From: Planctomycetota bacterium
GTDB lineage: Bacteria; Planctomycetota; MHYJ01; JACPRB01
Reading direction: 5' to 3'
Assembly: GCA_016190175.1 (NCBI GenBank)
Contig: JACPRC010000147.1
Coordinates: 1,021 to 65,020 of the forward strand
Length of the DNA: 64,000 nucleotides
The notes below the pieces were generated by a model. It was not told where the DNA came from and ran no database searches. It worked only from the letters and a program-made list of their open reading frames with translations. Both the position numbers and the translations under genes were made by a program. This document shows positions 17,373 to 26,968 of this stretch, one piece after another; the first letter of the stretch is position 1; each line of letters starts with the position of its first letter.

Positions 17373-20300
17373 TCAAGCCGGACTTTCCGGCCCGTCCCCG
17401 ACGTGTCCAGGAGCATCGTCAGGAGAAGCGCCGTCCTCATGCATCTCTGACGGCGGCTCCGCCTCCGATTCCTCCAGCACCGCCGTCGCCGCGGACTGCT
17501 GCTGCGCGAGCTGCGCCTGCCGCTCGCGCCGCGCCGCGATCTTCTTCTCCCGCAGGAGGTCCAGCCCCGCGTCGCCGTTGAGATCGACCGCCACCTTCTT
17601 GGAAACCCCCGGCGTCTCCATCGTCACGCCGTACATCACGTCCGCCACCGACATCGTCCGCTTGTTGTGCGTGATGATGACGAACTGCGTCTCCTCCACG
17701 AACTCGCTCACCAGCGCCGCGTAGCGGTCCACGTTCTTCTCGTCCAGCGCCGCGTCCGCCTCGTCGAGGACGCAGAACGGGCTCGGGTTCGCCCGGAAGA
17801 GCGCCATGACGAGCGCCAGCGCCGTGAGGGACCGCTCGCCTCCGGAGAGGAGCGAGATCTTCACGAAGTCCTTCGCCGGCGGCTTCGCCATGATCTCCAG
17901 GCCCTGGTCCACGGGGTCCACTCCCTCCGCCTCCTCGACGATGAGGTCCGCCTTCCCGCCGCCGAAGAGCTTCCGGAAGATCGAGTTGAAGTGCTCGCGC
18001 ACGACCCCGAGCGTCCGGTCGAACAGCTCCTTGCTCTCCCGGTTCAGCTTCCGGATCAGGTCTTCGAGCTTCCCCTTCGTCGCGGCGAGGTCCTCCTGCT
18101 GTGCCGTGATCTGCTTCTCCCGCGCCTCCAGCTCCTCGAGCTGGGAGATCGCGTCCACGTTGACCGACCCGAAACTCTGCACCTTGCGACGCAGCCCGTC
18201 CACTTCGGCCGCGAGCGCCCCCCAGTCGGCGCCCGCTTCTTCCGGCGCCTGGTCCGCATCGGAGAGGTCGATGCCCTCTTCGCGGGCCCGCGCCCGGTGT
18301 CCCTCCAGCTTCGCCCGCTGTCCGCCCTCCTCCACCCGGAGGTCCTGGATCCGCTTCTCGACGGCGTCGAGATCCGACTCCGCCGCGCGTGCCGCCGCCT
18401 CGGCCTCCTCGCACACCCGCGCGGCCCCGTCGCGCCGCGCCTGCGCCTCCGCCGCCTCGCCGCGACGGACCTCGATCTCCCCGGCGAGGCGCGACTGCTC
18501 GGCCCGGCGCTCCTCGATCTCCCGCGCCACCGCCTCCAGCCGCCCCGCGACCTCCCGGGCGAGGTCCTCGGTCTTCTGCCGGGCCTCCCGCGCCTCGCGG
18601 AGGCTCTCCCGGAGCATCCCGATCCGGTTCTCGAGCGCCTTCCTCGTCTCCTCCGCCTTCGCGCGCTCCACCCGCGCCTGCGTGACCCGGTCGGCCAGTT
18701 CCTGACGCCCTTCCTCGTAGCGGGCGAGCGTCATGCCGAGCCCCGCGATTTCCCCCGATACGCGGGCCTTGACCGTCTCGATCTCGGCGGCCAGCCGATC
18801 GAGGGACGCCCCGCGCTCCTCCAGCGCCGCGACCTGGACCCGGATCTGTTCCCGCTCGATCCGGGCGTTCTCGATCTCGTCACGCAGGAAGGCCGCGCGC
18901 CCGGTGAGCTGCTCCTCGCGCGAAGCGGCGTCGCGCAGCGCGATGCTCCGGTCGTAGACCTCGTGGCGCAGGCGCTCCAGCGTCTCCTCGGACGTGCGGA
19001 GCATCGCCTCCGTCTCGATCCGGTGCGCCTCCTTCCCGGCGATGATGCGGTCGTAGTCCTCGATCTCCAGTTCGAGCCGCTTCAGCTCCGATTTCCGCGA
19101 GAGGATCCCCGCGCCGCCGCGGGCGCCCGTCAAGACGACGCCGTTCGGCTGGAAGACGTCCCCGTCGCACGTGGCCGCCGCGAGCTGCGCCAGTCCGGAC
19201 TGCAGGATCGAGCCCGCCGTCTCCGGGTCGTCGGCGATCAGGATCCTCCCCAGAAGGGCCTCGATCCAGTCCGCGTGTTCGGGCGCGGTCCGCACCAGGT
19301 CGAAGGCGCGGCGCAGGCCCGCGGGCAGGCGCGCGCCGGGCGCGTCGAGGATCGCGCAGACGTCCCGCGCCAGGACGAGCGTGCGGCCGAGCCTGCGTTC
19401 CTTGACGAAGCGGATCGCCTCGTTCGCGGAGGCGAGCGTGTCGCAGACCACCGCCCCCGCGAGGTCCCCCAGCGCCGCCTCCACGACCGGGAGATCCTCC
19501 GCCGCCACGTCCAGGAAATCCGCGAGGGTGCCCTGCACGCCCGGGAACTGGGCGCGCATCAGCTCCTTCGCGCCCGAGTCGAGCCCCTCCATCTGCAGCT
19601 CGAACTCGCGCAGCGTCTCGCGCCGCGAGGCGCGCCGCTCTCGGTCGTCCCGGAGGCCGCGGATCTCGCGTTCCGTCTCGGCGAGCCCCGACTTGAGCGA
19701 GGCCAGCGTCTCGTCCTCCGACTTCTTGCGCGCCACCAGCGCGGCGATCTCGGCCTCGATCGAGCGCTGCTCGGCCTGCGCCTCGCCGACCCGCGCGAGC
19801 ACCTCTTCGTGCTCCCGCGACACGGCGGCGGCTCGCGCGTCGATCCGGAGCGCCCTCGCGGCGAGCCCCTCCAGGTCCGCCCTCACCTTCTCGCGGTCGC
19901 CGCGGTACTGCGCCTCCTTGTGCGCAAGCTCCATCGCCTCGGACTTGGCGCGCTCCAGCTCGCGCGCGATGCGGGCGCACTCGCGGTTCGCGTCCTCCAG
20001 CGCCGTCTGCGCCTCCTCGACGCCCGTCCGCAGCCGGGCGAGCTCCTCGTCCGCGCGCTCGCGCTCCCTCGTGAGATCCTCGAGCCGCGCGCCGGTCTCC
20101 GTCTCCTTTCGGACCTGCACCTCCGACTCCGACGCGAGCCGGCTCCTTTCGGCGTCCAGCTCTCCGCGCCGCCGCTCGCTCGACTCCACGGACTGCGCGA
20201 GGTAGCCCGCCCGCGATTCGGCGGAGGCGAGTTCGGACGCCAGGGCGGCGCAGCGGGCCTCGATCCCGTCGCGCTCCGCCTCGCGCTCCTCGAGGGCCGA

Positions 20301-21098
20301 CCGCCGGGCCGCGAGGTTGGCCTCGAGCGCCCCCCGGCTCTCCCCGAGATCCGCCAGCCCCCGCGCGATCTCCTCCGCCCGGGTGCGCAGCGTCCGTTCC
20401 TCGTGCAGGAAGAGACGGCGCCGCTTTTCCGCAAGCTCCGCCGAGAGCTCCCGGTAGCGATGGGCGCGGCCGGCATGGACGCGCGTCGAGCGCAGCTCGC
20501 GCTGGACCTCCCGCACGATGTCGTCGAGCCGGAGGAGGTCGTTCGTGACCTTGTCGAGCCGCATCTCGGCCTCGCGTTTCTTCGCGCGGTACCTGGAGAT
20601 GCCGGCCGCCTCGTCGAAGACCAGGCGCCGCTCTCGCGGGTTGGAGAGGACGAGCCGGTCGATCTTCCCCTGCTCGATGACGGAGTAGTTGTCCGTGCCG
20701 ATGCCCGTGCCGTAGAGCATCTCGCGGATGTCCCTGAGGCGGACGGGCGACCGGTTGAGGTAGTACTCGCCCTCGCCGGACCGGTACATCCGCCGCGTGA
20801 TCGTGACCTCCTCGTACTCGACGGGAAGGGTCTTGTCGGAGTTGTCGAGGGTGAGGGAGACCTCCGCGAAGCCCATCGGGGAGACGCCCTCGGCGCCCTT
20901 GAAGATGACGTCGAGCATCTCCTCGCCGCGGACGGCCTTGTACGAGAGGGTGCCGAGGACCCATTTGACCGCATCCACGACGTTGGACTTGCCGCACCCG
21001 TTCGGCCCGACGATGCAGGTCACGCCGGGCTCGAACGCGATCTCGGTGCGCTGCGCGAAGGACTTGAACCCGCAGAGTTCGAGCTTCTTGAGCTGCAT
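17373..21098 (-). CDS. smc: Chromosome segregation protein SMC
   Basis: GFKSFA, GPNGCGKSN Walker A, coiled coils, hinge, LLSGGER signature, VLDEADAALD Walker B, ITHNK. Confidence 0.97.
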   Translation of the reverse strand: MQLKKLELCGFKSFAQRTEIAFEPGVTCIVGPNGCGKSNVVDAVKWVLGTLSYKAVRGEEMLDVIFKGAEGVSPMGFAEVSLTLDNSDKTLPVEYEEVTITRRMYRSGEGEYYLNRSPVRLRDIREMLYGTGIGTDNYSVIEQGKIDRLVLSNPRERRLVFDEAAGISRYRAKKREAEMRLDKVTNDLLRLDDIVREVQRELRSTRVHAGRAHRYRELSAELAEKRRRLFLHEERTLRTRAEEIARGLADLGESRGALEANLAARRSALEEREAERDGIEARCAALASELASAESRAGYLAQSVESSERRRGELDAERSRLASESEVQVRKETETGARLEDLTRERERADEELARLRTGVEEAQTALEDANRECARIARELERAKSEAMELAHKEAQYRGDREKVRADLEGLAARALRIDARAAAVSREHEEVLARVGEAQAEQRSIEAEIAALVARKKSEDETLASLKSGLAETEREIRGLRDDRERRASRRETLREFELQMEGLDSGAKELMRAQFPGVQGTLADFLDVAAEDLPVVEAALGDLAGAVVCDTLASANEAIRFVKERRLGRTLVLARDVCAILDAPGARLPAGLRRAFDLVRTAPEHADWIEALLGRILIADDPETAGSILQSGLAQLAAATCDGDVFQPNGVVLTGARGGAGILSRKSELKRLELEIEDYDRIIAGKEAHRIETEAMLRTSEETLERLRHEVYDRSIALRDAASREEQLTGRAAFLRDEIENARIEREQIRVQVAALEERGASLDRLAAEIETVKARVSGEIAGLGMTLARYEEGRQELADRVTQARVERAKAEETRKALENRIGMLRESLREAREARQKTEDLAREVAGRLEAVAREIEERRAEQSRLAGEIEVRRGEAAEAQARRDGAARVCEEAEAAARAAESDLDAVEKRIQDLRVEEGGQRAKLEGHRARAREEGIDLSDADQAPEEAGADWGALAAEVDGLRRKVQSFGSVNVDAISQLEELEAREKQITAQQEDLAATKGKLEDLIRKLNRESKELFDRTLGVVREHFNSIFRKLFGGGKADLIVEEAEGVDPVDQGLEIMAKPPAKDFVKISLLSGGERSLTALALVMALFRANPSPFCVLDEADAALDEKNVDRYAALVSEFVEETQFVIITHNKRTMSVADVMYGVTMETPGVSKKVAVDLNGDAGLDLLREKKIAARRERQAQLAQQQSAATAVLEESEAEPPSEMHEDGASPDDAPGHVGDGPESPA

Positions 21099-21116
21099 GG
21101 ATCCCTCTCTTTGGCG

Positions 21117-21190
21117 GCCGTCAGCATTCAGCCGTCAGCAGTCAGCCATCAGCAGTCAGCCGTCGGCGTCTTGATGCTGAAGGCTGAATG
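21117..21190. repeat. Heptamer tandem array with short inverted partner
   Basis: gccgtcagcattcagccgtcagcagtcagccatcagcagtcagcc ... gctgaaggctgaa. Confidence 0.85.
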
Positions 21191-21348
21191 TCGCTGGCCG
21201 GCTTCCCTTCTCCTCACGACAGCAGGATTATCGGCATGGCGGGGGGCTTTCTGGACGGGGAGCGCGAGGCGGTTCACGCAGCAGGGAATCGGATTTCGGC
21301 GGCGCGGCGAATTCGCTCAAGAAACCGGCGGGCGAAGCCCGGCCGTCG

Positions 21349-22545
21349 TCACAGCGTGAACCAGGGGCAAACGACCGTCCCTTGCCGGCGAAACGCGCGG
21401 TCTCCGCCGTACACCAACGCCGCGGGCACGTCGGTGCCCGCCCCGAGACTGCGCCAGTAGTCCAGCCCGGAGAAAAAGTCGCCCGCGATCGTCTGGGCGG
21501 ACTTGATCTCGATCGGGATAAGACGGTCTCCGAGATCGACAAGGATGTCGATCTCATGTCCCCCCGAATCGCGCCAGAAGTAGAGGGCCGGCTGTTCCCC
21601 CCGGTGCACGAAATTCTTGTGAAGTTCGGAAACCACGAAGCTCTCGAAGACGGCTCCCCGCGCCGCATGCTGATGCAGTTCGTCCGCGGAGCGCACTCGA
21701 AGGAGGTAGCAGAGGAGCCCCGTGTCCAGGAAATAGAGTTTCGGACTCTTGATGAGGCGCTTCCCCAGGTTCCGGTGGTGAGGCCGCAGGAGCAGCACCA
21801 GGAAGCCGGCTTCCAGGAGGGAAATCCACCGTCGCGCCGTGGTATGAGTGACCCCGCAGTCCGACGCCAGCGAGGACAGGTTCAGCAACTGCCCGTTGCG
21901 TCCTGCGCAGAGCCCCACGAAGCGTCCGAAGGTTTCGAGGTCGCCGACATTCAGCACGTTCCGGACGTCCCGCTCCAGGTACGTCTGATAGTAGCCGGCC
22001 AGCCAGTCCCGCGGCGGGAGCCCCTTGTCGTGAATGCGCGGGTAGAGTCCGGAGAACAGGATCTCCAGCAACCCGCGCCGCGTCTCCGTGCGCACACGAG
22101 GGACGTCCCGCCCCAGCTTCTCCATGGAGACCGCAGGGCGGCCCTCCAACTCGGCCATGGAGAACGGAAGCAGGTGGAGCACCGCGCACCGGCCGGCCAG
22201 GGACTGAGAGATCCGCTCCATGAGCAGGAAGTTGTGCGAGCCGGTCAGGACGAACTTCCCGGGCCGGTCCTGTTCGTCCACCAGGGTCTGGATGTACGAG
22301 AAGATCTCAGGGGCGCGTTGGGCCTCGTCCAGCACAACGGGGCCATCGAACTGGGCGAGAAACCCCCGGGGGTCCTGCAGGGCAAAGGCGCGCTGGTCCG
22401 GGAGTTCGAGCGAGACGTACGCGTGGTTCCCGAATGCGGCCCGCACCAGCGTCGTCTTGCCCGACTGTCGCGGCCCCGTGACGGTGACGACCGGGAACCG
22501 ACCAGCGGCTTCCCGCAGCTTGGCCGCCAGCATGCGGCGGATCAT
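21349..22545 (-). CDS. AAA_14/DUF4143 ATP-binding protein
   Basis: GPRQSGKTT, LDEAQ, LTGS, SLAGR, YLERDV, KSPKLYFLDTG, EID..PIEIK (C-terminal PD-(D/E)xK-like). Confidence 0.92.
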   Translation of the reverse strand: MIRRMLAAKLREAAGRFPVVTVTGPRQSGKTTLVRAAFGNHAYVSLELPDQRAFALQDPRGFLAQFDGPVVLDEAQRAPEIFSYIQTLVDEQDRPGKFVLTGSHNFLLMERISQSLAGRCAVLHLLPFSMAELEGRPAVSMEKLGRDVPRVRTETRRGLLEILFSGLYPRIHDKGLPPRDWLAGYYQTYLERDVRNVLNVGDLETFGRFVGLCAGRNGQLLNLSSLASDCGVTHTTARRWISLLEAGFLVLLLRPHHRNLGKRLIKSPKLYFLDTGLLCYLLRVRSADELHQHAARGAVFESFVVSELHKNFVHRGEQPALYFWRDSGGHEIDILVDLGDRLIPIEIKSAQTIAGDFFSGLDYWRSLGAGTDVPAALVYGGDRAFRRQGTVVCPWFTL

Positions 22546-22722
22546 CGCTGCCTGTGCCGGTTGAACATGCGATATTCAATCTACACGGCACGGACGCGGT
22601 CGTCAAGAGGCATCGCCGGTCTGCGGCCGCGCGGCGGTCCGCACCGTTGGGAGAAGATCGGGTTGTTGTTGTCGTCGCAGTTGTGGTCCGTGATCGTTCC
22701 GACACACCCTGAGAACGGAGAG

Positions 22723-23130
22723 CTACACCTGCTCGTCATACCCTTCCTGCTCCAGTATTTCCCGCGCCTTGACCGCACCCGGCTCAGTCACCACAATTTG
22801 CGCTCGATGCATCGGGCTGCTCCATTTCCAGATCTCCTCCTCGCAAGACCAATCCACGCAATTCGCGAGGTTCTTCGACAACGCAAGCGATTCCCCCATG
22901 GAGAGGGAAATCCACTCGAGGGTGGACCGGGACCGGGCTTGCCCGATCAGTGCGAAACCGAGCGCGATGAGGCCACTCACCGCCTCAGCGACCGCTACAA
23001 CCTCTTCGTGGTCTCCGTGTCGTCTCATCCTGGTGTTTACCAAGCAGACGATGTCTTCTTCACCCCCCTCTTCCAGCAGCTTCAAGATGCTTCGCTGAAC
23101 CCCAGTCAGCCCGGCTTCATGTTTTCTCAC
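22723..23130 (-). CDS. Hypothetical protein (135 aa, lower GC)
   Basis: Open ORF in a compositionally atypical patch. Possible winged helix (QIVVTEPG). Confidence 0.5.
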   Translation of the reverse strand: MRKHEAGLTGVQRSILKLLEEGGEEDIVCLVNTRMRRHGDHEEVVAVAEAVSGLIALGFALIGQARSRSTLEWISLSMGESLALSKNLANCVDWSCEEEIWKWSSPMHRAQIVVTEPGAVKAREILEQEGYDEQV

Positions 23131-23133
23131 GGC

Positions 23134-23211
23134 TCAATCCTTGAGATCGCTCAGAAGCTCCGCATCCGTCACGGGCTGTCCGGAAACGTGTCGCAGTTCG
23201 AAACGCTTCAT
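23134..23211 (-). pseudogene. N-terminal stub resembling HNH endonucleases with homing-endonuclease-associated repeats
   Basis: MKRFELRHVSGQPVTDAELLSDLKD* directly after rsgA, with a GAGGG RBS. Only 25 aa. Confidence 0.5.
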
Positions 23212-23219
23212 CCCTCGCC

Positions 23220-24131
23220 TCACCCCAGCTCCCGCCGCTTCTTGATGAGGTCCTCCCGGATGCGCACGTAGCTCTCGTAGCGCGACCGCGCGATCTCGCC
23301 GCGCTCCAGCGCCTCCACCACCGCGCAGTTCGGCTCCCGCGTGTGCGAGCAGCCGGCGCGAAACTTGCACCGGGGCATCCGCGAGACGAACTCCGGGAAG
23401 TGCGCCGCCAGGTTTTCGATCTCCACGCCCCAGAGCGTGAAGAACTCAAGGCCCGGGGTGTCGATGACGAGCGTTCCCGGCTCCAGCTCCCGCAGTTCCA
23501 CCCACGTCGTCGTGTGGCGCCCCTCGCCCGTGCGCTCGCTTACCTCTCCCACCTTCATCGCGAAATCCGGCCGCAGCGCATTGAGCAGCGACGTCTTGCC
23601 GACGCCCGACGGCCCGAGGAGGACGGACGTCCTGCCGCGCAGCGCCTCCCGCAGCGCCGCGGTGCCGGCCCCCTTCGCCGCGGACGTCAGCACGAGCGGG
23701 AAGCCGATCGACGGATAGTGGGCCACGCTCCCGCGCACGTCCGCAAGGTCCAGCTTGTTGACGCAGACGAGACACGCCAGTCCCGAGGCCTCCCCCATCA
23801 CGGTGCACTTGTCCACCGTGAGGAGGCTCAGGTCCGGCTGCGCCGCCGCGTGGACGACCACAAGCTGGTCCACGTTCGCGGCGATGACCTGCTCGTACCT
23901 CGGACGGAACGCGTCGTGGCGGGAGAGCTTCGAGCGGCGCGGCAGGACCTCCCCGATCGAGCCCTCATCGGCGGCCGAGGGTTCGAACTCGACGTAGTCG
24001 CCCACCGCCGCGAGGCGAAGGACGTGCCGGCGCTCGCGCTTCGCCCTGCCCGTGAAGGCGCAGGAGAAGACGCCGTTCTCGGCGTGAACGACGTATCGGT
24101 TCGCCGCGATCCGGAAGATGCGGCCCTTCAT
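23220..24131 (-). CDS. rsgA: Ribosome small subunit-dependent GTPase A
   Basis: AVGD, IAANVD, NKLDL, GPSGVGKTS, GRHTTT, DTPG, CKFRAGCSHTREPNC zinc finger. Confidence 0.96.
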   Translation of the reverse strand: MKGRIFRIAANRYVVHAENGVFSCAFTGRAKRERRHVLRLAAVGDYVEFEPSAADEGSIGEVLPRRSKLSRHDAFRPRYEQVIAANVDQLVVVHAAAQPDLSLLTVDKCTVMGEASGLACLVCVNKLDLADVRGSVAHYPSIGFPLVLTSAAKGAGTAALREALRGRTSVLLGPSGVGKTSLLNALRPDFAMKVGEVSERTGEGRHTTTWVELRELEPGTLVIDTPGLEFFTLWGVEIENLAAHFPEFVSRMPRCKFRAGCSHTREPNCAVVEALERGEIARSRYESYVRIREDLIKKRRELG

Positions 24132-24132
24132 T

Positions 24133-24210
24133 GTGGTTAGTGGTTAGTGGTTAGTGGCGAGTGAACGTCATCTCTCTTCACCAACCACGAACCACTAGCC
24201 ACCAATCACC
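24133..24210. repeat. Inverted heptamer tandem array (GTGGTTA)n / (AACCAC..)n
   Basis: gtggttagtggttagtggttagtggcgagtg ... accaaccacgaaccactagccaccaatcacc. Confidence 0.85.
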
Positions 24211-24212
24211 TC

Positions 24213-26159
24213 TTAGCGGACGTGCAACTGCCCCGCGGGCGATTCGGAGGCCAGGCGCCGGACGAGGTCGAAGAGATCCGACGCCGAGAGCCGCGCGCGA
24301 TGGACCGGCGAGAGGACGGCGCGCGCCGAGGGCACGAGGGTCTGGAAGCGCCGCTCGACGGCGAGCACGTCCGCGGGCACGTTCTTCTCGGAGGGCCTCG
24401 CGTGCGTCCCCTCCGAATACGCGCCGACCGCTTCGAGGAGTCCGCGCGCCCGCGGGTACATCTGCGCGTCGATCCGCGCGAAGCGGGCCGCCGCGTCCTC
24501 CGAAGGATAGTCCTCCAGCGCCGCCCGCAGGCCGTGCTTCCCGCTCTCCTCCTTCACGCGGAAGAAGAGGTAGGACATGATCCGGAAGGCGAGCCGCTGC
24601 GCGTCCTCGTCCTCCACCATCTCGCGTCCGCGCATGAGGCGCACCACCTCGTTGAGCCCGCAGACGCCGACGACGAACGCGAGGTCGTCGAACCGGAGCG
24701 CGCCCGCGCCGTTGGAGCCCCATCCCAGCTCGTGGCCGAACGTGCGCGTCGGCGCGTGGACGAAGCGCCGCAGGAGCCGCCGCTTCTGGAGGTGGGCCTT
24801 CACCGCGAGGTCGATCCCCGCCTCGAGCTCCGCGTAGAACTCGGAGCCCGCTTCGCTCCGGTAGAACGCCTGCGGCAGGTTCAGGGTCACCGCCTGGGCG
24901 ACGGCGAACCAGTCGTCCGGTCCGCGCGCGCCCCCGAACCGCGAAAGGCGGTCCGCCGACCGGTCGAACAGGAAGAGCATTCCGCCGCGCTCCGCCGCCA
25001 GGCGGCACGCCTCGCGCAGGAGGCGTTCCGACGACCCCGCCACCACCTCCCGGTCCGGCCACTCGGCGCGCCCCGGCACGGCGCGCCACTCCGCGAGGAT
25101 CTCGTCGGCGAAGCGCCCGTCCTCGAGCTCGATCCCCGCGATCGACCCGCCCAGCGCCGGAAGGAGCTGTTCCGCCTCCTCGCCGGCGTTCCCGGGAAGC
25201 CCCGCGTAGGCCGCCCCGAGACGCAGGAACTCGACGCCGCCCGAGAAGTAGCGCCGCGCGTGCTCCGCCACGCTCGCGAGCTGCGCCGTGAGCGCCCGCG
25301 CCGCCGTCGCGGGCTCCTCGAGCGCGCGGAACCCAGGCGCCCGCAGGCCGTGCCGTCGCACGTACCCGACCGACGGCGCCAGCCACCAGAGCTTGAGCGG
25401 CGCCTCGAGGCCGTGGACGTGGATCCGGCCCTCGAGGTGCGCATCCGCGACGTCGCGGCTCAGGATTTCCTGCAGCGCGTACTGCCGCATCGTCGTCTCG
25501 CCGATCGTCCGGCAGAGCCCATCCGGATCGACGTGCGCCACGCCCTCCTCGTCGCCGAAGAGGAGCCCGAGATCGTATTTCGGGAGGCCCACGACGAGCT
25601 GCTTGCGGAGCTTCGATCCGAACCCGCGGTCGATCAGTTCGTGGTTCACGAGCTCGCGGATGAGGGTGGAGGCGACGCGGTGCATCCCCAGGCGGAAGAT
25701 CCTCTGCTCGACCGCCGCGGCGATCTCGTCGGCGGCGGTCGGATCGAGTCCGGCCTCCTTGGCGAGCGCGGAGCTGATCCTCCCCCGGCCCCACGTGCTC
25801 AGCTCGTCGCGGCTGGCCCCTTCCACGAGGAGCGAGTTCGCCGGGAACAGCTCGGCCGGGACCGGCGCGGCGCCGTCCTGCGGCGGCTTCCGCATGAACG
25901 TCCGCGCGATCGCCTCGTTCCCCGTCTGGAGCAGGACCTTCTCGACGAGCTGCCGGATGTCGTCGCTCGACGGCACTTCCGCGCCGCCGTGCCGCTCGAG
26001 GTAGAGCGTCACGACCCCGGCGAGGTCCCGCCCGACGGAGGGCTGCTCCTGGCCCGCGGCCCGGGCCGCGCGCGCGATCGCCTCCGCGATCTTGGCCTCG
26101 TCGTACGCGACGACGTGCCCGTCCCGCTTCCGGATCCGGTCGATCTTCCGAAGGGTCAT
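24213..26159 (-). CDS. NrdD (class III RNR)-like protein with two ATP-cone-like domains, lacking catalytic motifs
   Basis: IRKRDGHVVAYDEAKI ATP cone, a second cone (STLIRELVNHEL), VADAHLEGRIHVH, VTLNLP, GVCGLNE, ARFARID, YSEGTH. No C-terminal CxxC/CxxC zinc site and no RxxGY glycyl-radical motif. Confidence 0.8.
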   Translation of the reverse strand: MTLRKIDRIRKRDGHVVAYDEAKIAEAIARAARAAGQEQPSVGRDLAGVVTLYLERHGGAEVPSSDDIRQLVEKVLLQTGNEAIARTFMRKPPQDGAAPVPAELFPANSLLVEGASRDELSTWGRGRISSALAKEAGLDPTAADEIAAAVEQRIFRLGMHRVASTLIRELVNHELIDRGFGSKLRKQLVVGLPKYDLGLLFGDEEGVAHVDPDGLCRTIGETTMRQYALQEILSRDVADAHLEGRIHVHGLEAPLKLWWLAPSVGYVRRHGLRAPGFRALEEPATAARALTAQLASVAEHARRYFSGGVEFLRLGAAYAGLPGNAGEEAEQLLPALGGSIAGIELEDGRFADEILAEWRAVPGRAEWPDREVVAGSSERLLREACRLAAERGGMLFLFDRSADRLSRFGGARGPDDWFAVAQAVTLNLPQAFYRSEAGSEFYAELEAGIDLAVKAHLQKRRLLRRFVHAPTRTFGHELGWGSNGAGALRFDDLAFVVGVCGLNEVVRLMRGREMVEDEDAQRLAFRIMSYLFFRVKEESGKHGLRAALEDYPSEDAAARFARIDAQMYPRARGLLEAVGAYSEGTHARPSEKNVPADVLAVERRFQTLVPSARAVLSPVHRARLSASDLFDLVRRLASESPAGQLHVR

Positions 26160-26175
26160 CGGGGGTCCCGCCGCC

Positions 26176-26625
26176 CTACTTGAGCATCGGCTGCAGCTCG
26201 CGCATGAACTCCGCCACGTCCTGGAACTCGCGGTAGACGGAGGCGAACCGCACGTACGCCACGTGGTCCAGCGTTTTGAGCTCGCGCATCACGAGGTTGC
26301 CGATCGCCTTCGACTTCACCTCGCGGTCGTGCTTCTGGTACAGCTCCATCTCGATCTTGTTGACGATGTCGTCGATGCGCTGCACCGCGACCGGCCGCTT
26401 CTTGCACGCCGTCAGGAGCCCGCGGCGGATCTTCTCCCGGTCGAACACCTCCCGGCGGCCGTCCTTCTTGATCACGTAGAGCGTGATCTGCTCCACCTGC
26501 TCGTACGTCGTGAACCGCTTGCGGCAGGAGAGGCACACGCGGCGCCGCCGCACGGCACGGCCGTCGCCGGACGACCGCGAATCGATGACGCGATCGTCGT
26601 CCTTCTTGCAGAACGGGCATCTCAT
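26176..26625 (-). CDS. nrdR: Transcriptional repressor NrdR
   Basis: MRCPFC..VIDSR..VRRRRVCLSC..RFTTYE..VIKKDGRRE..VAYVRFASVYREF. Confidence 0.97.
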   Translation of the reverse strand: MRCPFCKKDDDRVIDSRSSGDGRAVRRRRVCLSCRKRFTTYEQVEQITLYVIKKDGRREVFDREKIRRGLLTACKKRPVAVQRIDDIVNKIEMELYQKHDREVKSKAIGNLVMRELKTLDHVAYVRFASVYREFQDVAEFMRELQPMLK

Positions 26626-26725
26626 CGGCTGGGACAACTCTATCAGCGGGCGCGCAAAAGTCAATGTCCGCCCCGCCGCGGAGGCACGGAGACTCCCATC
26701 TCCAGGGAGCGGAACCGGGCCAGGG

Positions 26726-26968
26726 TCAGCACAGGAGCCAGCGCACGCCGAAACAGGCCCATGCGGCCGCCAGCGCCGCCGCCGCGAGATCCAGCGCCGC
26801 GCCCACGCGCATCATGCGCGGGATCGAGACGTACCCGCTCCCGAAGACGATCGCGTACGCCGGACACGCGTCGAACCTCGGGACGTGATGCAGCGGCGTG
26901 TCGAGGAGGAGGAGCGCGGAGAACGCCGCGAGCCCCGCGGCCAGGCCCGCGATCTTCCCGCGCGTCAT
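26726..26968 (-). pseudogene. Internally deleted DASS/SLC13 (Na+:dicarboxylate/sulfate) permease remnant
   Basis: 80-aa ORF joining an N-terminal TM to the DASS C-terminal signature AIVFGSGYVSIPRMMRVGAALD. Confidence 0.65.

Noticed and set aside
17667-21359. 1230-aa plus-strand ORF, and similar long ORFs at 9382, 11012, 24222, 29532, 40339 and 46690
   Set aside because: They are antisense to clearly identifiable genes (smc, serA, efp region, nrdD-like, yidC and others). Long stop-free opposite frames are expected at this GC content.
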